Positions 61,381 through 64,000 of a stretch of DNA of 64,000 bases are shown here, in pieces. The first letter of the stretch is position 1; every line of letters starts with the position of its first letter. A program made the position numbers and the translations under genes. The notes below the pieces were generated by a model. The model made no database searches. It was given only the letters and a program-made list of their open reading frames with translations, and had not been told where the DNA came from. This stretch comes from Gammaproteobacteria bacterium (lineage in GTDB: Bacteria; Pseudomonadota; Gammaproteobacteria; Pseudomonadales; Azotimanducaceae): contig JAFIFJ010000138.1 in the NCBI GenBank assembly GCA_020832085.1, positions 9,534-73,533 of the forward strand, read 5' to 3'.

Positions 61381-62805
61381 ATGACGGCGCCGGAGCTGGT
61401 CTGGTTTCGCAACGACCTGCGTTGCCGCGACCAGGCCGCTCTGGCGAAGGCGGCTGATCGGGGCCCGGTGGTGGCTGTCTTCTGCTTCTGTCCCGGGCAG
61501 CTCCAGGCCCACGGGGTCGGCGGCAACCGGGTGGCCTTTCTGTTGCGCTGCGTCGCTGCGCTTTCGCGGGAGCTGCAAGCCCTGGGCATCCCGCTGAAGA
61601 TCATCGAGACGGAAACCTTCGCCGAGCTCCCCGCAGCCCTGGCTGGGCTGGCCCGTGAGCTGGGTGCCCGGCGGCTGTGGTTCAACGCCGAGTATCCGCT
61701 CAACGAGCAACGCCGCGACGAGGCCGTGACCACGGCCCTCGAGGCGGACGGTGTGGCGGTGGAGCGCTGCCACGACACCGTCATCCGCGCGCCGGGCACG
61801 GTACTGACCCAGGCCGGAACGCCCTACACCGTGTTCACTCCCTTCCGGCGACGATGGCTCGAGTCCATCGCTCCGGAAGATCTCGCGCCCCGGCCACGTC
61901 CGCGGTCGCGGTCGGCACCGCCGCTGGCCTCGGATCCGGTGCCGTCCCTGCCGGACAGGTTCGTGGCGACGGCGCCGGAGGCACTCTGGCCCGGTGGCGA
62001 AGGCCCGGCACTGAAACGCCTGGCGCGCTTTGTCGAGTCCGCCGTGCATCGCTACGACGAGCAGCGCGATTTTCCGGCCCTGGACGGCACCAGCACGCTG
62101 TCGCCCTGGCTGGCCGTCGGCGCGCTTTCTCCCCGGCAGTGTCTGCACGCCGCTATCGAGAGCAATGACGGCCGCCTGGACGGTGGCTCACGCGGGGCGA
62201 CCACCTGGATCACCGAACTGGTCTGGCGGGAGTTCTACCGCCACGTGATGGCCGCGTTTCCCCATGTCTCCACCGGTCGCGCCTTCCGCCGCGAGTACGA
62301 CGCCGTGGCCTGGCGCGACGATCCGGAGCAGCTTGCCGCCTGGCGGGAGGGCCGGACCGGCTATCCCCTGGTGGATGCGGCCATGCGCCAACTGGCCAGC
62401 ACCGGCTGGATGCACAACCGCCTGCGCATGGTGGTGGCCATGTTCCTGAGCAAGAATCTGCTGCTGGACTGGCGTCAGGGCGAGGCCCACTTCATGGAAC
62501 TGCTGGTGGACGGCGATTTCGCATCCAACAATGGCGGCTGGCAATGGAGCGCTTCCACCGGCACCGACGCCGCGCCCTACTTTCGCGTCTTCAATCCCGT
62601 CACCCAATCCAAGCGCTTCGATCCTGACGGCCGGTTCATTCGTCGCCATGTGCCCGAGCTGGCGGCGCTGGCAGGATCGCAGCTGCATGCGCCTTGGACA
62701 GCGAAGGGTCCCGTCGTGGAGTATCCTCAGCCCATGGTGGACGCAGCGTCCTCCCGCAGGCGCGCCATCGAGGCCTTTCGCTCGTTGGCAGGTGCGAAAC
62801 ATTGA
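61381..62805 (+). CDS. phrB: Deoxyribodipyrimidine photolyase (class I CPD photolyase/cryptochrome family)
   Basis: LVWFRNDLR, LSPWLAVGALSPRQ, WREFYRH, TGYPLVDAAMRQL, TGWMHNRLRMVVAMFL, ASNNGGWQW. Confidence 0.9.
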   Translation: MTAPELVWFRNDLRCRDQAALAKAADRGPVVAVFCFCPGQLQAHGVGGNRVAFLLRCVAALSRELQALGIPLKIIETETFAELPAALAGLARELGARRLWFNAEYPLNEQRRDEAVTTALEADGVAVERCHDTVIRAPGTVLTQAGTPYTVFTPFRRRWLESIAPEDLAPRPRPRSRSAPPLASDPVPSLPDRFVATAPEALWPGGEGPALKRLARFVESAVHRYDEQRDFPALDGTSTLSPWLAVGALSPRQCLHAAIESNDGRLDGGSRGATTWITELVWREFYRHVMAAFPHVSTGRAFRREYDAVAWRDDPEQLAAWREGRTGYPLVDAAMRQLASTGWMHNRLRMVVAMFLSKNLLLDWRQGEAHFMELLVDGDFASNNGGWQWSASTGTDAAPYFRVFNPVTQSKRFDPDGRFIRRHVPELAALAGSQLHAPWTAKGPVVEYPQPMVDAASSRRRAIEAFRSLAGAKH

Positions 62806-62846
62806 CGGGCCGCGTTCGATTGCGGTGACGGGGGCTGACAGTGGCG

Positions 62847-64000
62847 ATGCAATCGAGCGCAGAGACAGGAGATGAACCCGGCGTCAGCGCGCTGCCCGTG
62901 CCCCTGGCACGGGTGCGATTGGCCGATGGCGCCCTGCTCGAAGCCAACGAGGAGTTGCTGGTGCTCACGGGAGGGCATCTCGATGCCTGGGTCGGCCCGG
63001 GCTGGGTGGACGCGTTGGCGGCCATCGTCGCCGCCGGGCGCACCGCCGTCATCCATTTCGACACCCGTGACGGCGCCACCGTGGAAGTGCGGGTCAGGCC
63101 AGCCGGCGCGGGCGAAGTCTGGGTTGCGTTCCTGCCTCCGCCGGCATCGAGGCGGGCCGATGATCTCGGTCAGCTGGTGGCCATGCTTTCCGACGTGCTC
63201 TGGGAGTGGGATCTGCGCACGGGCCGCGTGAACTACTTCGGCGAGGGCGTGCGTGCGGAGGACTTCGAGGGCAGCTTTCCCGATACGCCCGAATCCTTGC
63301 TGGAACTCATTCACGAAGACGAGCGCGAACTGGCCAAGCAGGCCATGGAGGCCTGTCTGAGCGGTCGCAGCGACCGCTACCGCTTCGAGCACAGACTGCT
63401 GCAGAGCGATGGGGAGTACCGCTGGATGCTCAGTCGCGGCCGGGTCGTGGAGCGGGATACGGCCGGCCAGCCTCTGCGCGTCATGGGTCTGGTCACCGAC
63501 ATCGAGCGCCGGCGCCGGCGGGAAGAGGAGCGGCTGCGCCTCGAAGGGCAGCTGCGGCACATGCAGAAACTCGATGCCCTCGGTCAGCTGACCGGAGGCA
63601 TTGCCCACGACTTCAACAACATCCTCGCCAGTGTGCTCGGCTATGCGGAACTCGGGCTGCTGGAAACCGATCCTGCGATGCTGCGCGACCACCTCGAGCA
63701 GGTCATCCGCTCGGCGGCGCGGGGGCGGGATCTGATCGGTAAGCTCTTGCTGTTCAGTCGCGCTGGATCCGGCGCGGGGCCGGGGCTGGCGACGAGCTCC
63801 CTGCTGCAGGTTCCGGAAACCCTGCGCATGCTCAGGCCCATGCTGCCGGCAACCCTGACTATGGACTTCGAACAGGAGCCCGCGCTGCCCGACGTGCAGA
63901 TCGACCCCAGTGCGCTGCAGCAGCTGGTCCTCAACCTGACCATCAATGCCCGCGACGCGGTGGGGGAGAACGGCTGGATCCGGGTCGCCCTCGGCAGGCG
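62847..64000 (+). CDS. PAS-domain sensor histidine kinase (3' end beyond window)
   Basis: Frame open from the stop at 62826 to the window end, so absent from the ORF track. PAS region (EWDLRTGRVNYFGEG...YRFEHRLLQSDGEYRWMLSRGRVV), coiled coil, H-box LGQLTGGIAHDFNNIL, N-box-like LNLTINARDA. Confidence 0.8.
   Translation, partial: MQSSAETGDEPGVSALPVPLARVRLADGALLEANEELLVLTGGHLDAWVGPGWVDALAAIVAAGRTAVIHFDTRDGATVEVRVRPAGAGEVWVAFLPPPASRRADDLGQLVAMLSDVLWEWDLRTGRVNYFGEGVRAEDFEGSFPDTPESLLELIHEDERELAKQAMEACLSGRSDRYRFEHRLLQSDGEYRWMLSRGRVVERDTAGQPLRVMGLVTDIERRRRREEERLRLEGQLRHMQKLDALGQLTGGIAHDFNNILASVLGYAELGLLETDPAMLRDHLEQVIRSAARGRDLIGKLLLFSRAGSGAGPGLATSSLLQVPETLRMLRPMLPATLTMDFEQEPALPDVQIDPSALQQLVLNLTINARDAVGENGWIRVALGR

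Noticed and set aside
1-64000. Window-wide look for tRNA/rRNA genes, CRISPR arrays, IS elements, integrases, toxin-antitoxin pairs and known defence-system signatures (reverse transcriptase YADD, HNH and similar).
   Set aside because: None was recognised. Every gap longer than about 150 bp was read and is accounted for by promoters, REP-like repeats or hairpins. This was done by eye only, so short or degenerate elements could have been missed.

Overview
GC-rich chromosomal segment, visibly about two-thirds G+C (not computed), from a gammaproteobacterium. The housekeeping backbone runs slt, uspA, topA, lexA, mscS, hpt, an MTAP-family phosphorylase, then csiV and mfd. From memory this order resembles the Pseudomonas topA-lexA-mfd region. 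I saw no rRNA, tRNA, CRISPR array, transposase or integrase.

Between the phosphorylase gene and csiV-mfd lies a block of about 21.5 kb (12.4-33.8 kb) devoted to purine and nucleoside use. Its genes:
- ureidoglycolate lyase, a bicupin ureidoglycine aminohydrolase, a PuuE-UraD fusion, HIU hydrolase and the membrane urate hydroxylase PuuD
- a lipoprotein 5'-nucleotidase, an NCS2 purine permease and xdhABC
- an unusual sub-locus (25-33.8 kb): an exported MTAP/PNP-like protein, a TonB-dependent receptor, four adenosine-deaminase-superfamily paralogs (two with signal peptides, one lacking the canonical HAGE glutamate) and a DUF3574-like lipoprotein

The rest of the window holds:
- a glucosylglycerate-type compatible-solute locus: SSS transporter, GH13_18 sugar phosphorylase, gpgS-like and gpgP-like genes
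- panD and fur flanked by two LLM oxidoreductases
- enoyl-CoA hydratase, an alpha/beta hydrolase, a Leu/Val-type dehydrogenase, a Bcr/CflA MFS pump, a CHAD protein and mlaA
- a multi-PAS GGDEF-EAL protein, a translationally coupled acyl-CoA dehydrogenase pair, photolyase and a partial PAS histidine kinase

The main signal outside the ORF track is a set of sigma54-type -24/-12 elements (TGG-N9-TGC[A/T]). I found them by reading every intergenic gap. They sit in the right orientation in front of nearly every purine/nucleoside operon and both glucosylglycerate units. One is a perfect TGGCAC-N5-TTGC on the strand that has no gene; together with a REP-like hairpin and a U tract it could define an RNA of about 90 nt. 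No enhancer-binding protein or other transcription factor is encoded in the 21 kb block.

All calls rest on motif recognition by eye. No searches were run.
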